DNA from: Trichomonas gallinae
Lineage: Eukaryota
NCBI GenBank assembly: GCA_008369845.1
Contig: MRSU01010851.1
Coordinates: 1-50,422, forward strand
Length of the DNA stretch: 50,422 nt
Direction of reading: 5' to 3'
Part shown: one piece after another, positions 50,225 to 50,422 of the stretch
How the letters are laid out: each line of letters begins with the position of its first letter
Position numbering within the stretch: position 1 is the stretch's first letter
Notes under the pieces: generated by a model
Databases searched by the model: none
The model's input: the letters and a program-made list of their open reading frames with translations, nothing else
What the model was told of the DNA's origin: nothing
Position numbers and translations under genes: made by a program

Positions 50225-50398
50225 TTATTCTTTTTTTTTTCCCGAAGCCAAAATCAAAGCCGTTTTGTTGTATTTGATTTTAGCGTTGATATCCATTCCA
50301 TGACCTCTTTTTGAAGAGAGGTGTACCAATGACGATAGAAAAGACGTTAAAATCATAACGGTCCTAGAACTGAAGTCTTTTTGGAGCACAGAAATGCA
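50225..50398 (-). pseudogene. Ankyrin-repeat gene fragment (about 1.5 repeats)
   Basis: One frame reads QKDFSSRTVMILTSFLSSLVHLSSKRGHGMDINAKIKYNKTALILASGKKKE*. TVMIL and TALIL are exactly 33 aa apart, and the frame is bounded by in-frame stops. Confidence 0.65.
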
Positions 50399-50422
50399 TT
50401 AAGGCCGCATTCTTGTGACCAA

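Noticed and set aside
50303..50417. Three small hairpins and ATGACGA...CTGA resembling a snoRNA or other structured RNA
   Set aside because: Better explained as the antisense of the ankyrin fragment; no conserved snRNA or snoRNA hallmarks.
1..50422. Spliceosomal introns and intact transposons (Maverick, mariner, Mutator)
   Set aside because: No ACTAACACACAG-type 3' intron motif noticed, and no transposase, integrase or polB ORF or long terminal inverted repeats seen.

Overview
This is an AT-rich, gene-dense eukaryotic window with no canonical introns. It is almost certainly from a trichomonad (Trichomonas vaginalis or a close relative), judged from the very short 5' UTRs with Inr (TCAYT), M2 (AAAGTGAC) and M5 (CCTTT) core-promoter motifs, the short signal peptides and the ankyrin-family content. 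About 25 protein genes are supported. They include a CFAP58-like coiled coil, eIF3i, a MATE transporter, an importin-beta-like HEAT protein, a membrane PDI, an ankyrin protein, two type-I surface proteins, PDCD5, an M1 aminopeptidase, a degenerate DHHC protein, glucosidase II beta, a DOCK GEF, a Rab, a large propeller/solenoid/zinc-finger protein, Pop5 and a PLAC8 protein. Many ORF-track starts are TTG/GTG and were moved to the first plausible ATG. No rRNA, tRNA, CRISPR array or intact transposon was seen. The most notable observations are: a recurrent TGHCRYGTAAA element about 25-30 nt upstream of several ATGs, tandem arrays of promoter motifs, a duplicated promoter plus 5' CDS, a catalytically dead DHHC homologue, possible Claret-like, M1AP/INTS13-like and PEHE proteins, and intergenic spacers that appear to be decayed ankyrin genes. 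Family calls come from motif recognition by eye, not database searches. I cannot show a wholly new multi-gene system from sequence alone.
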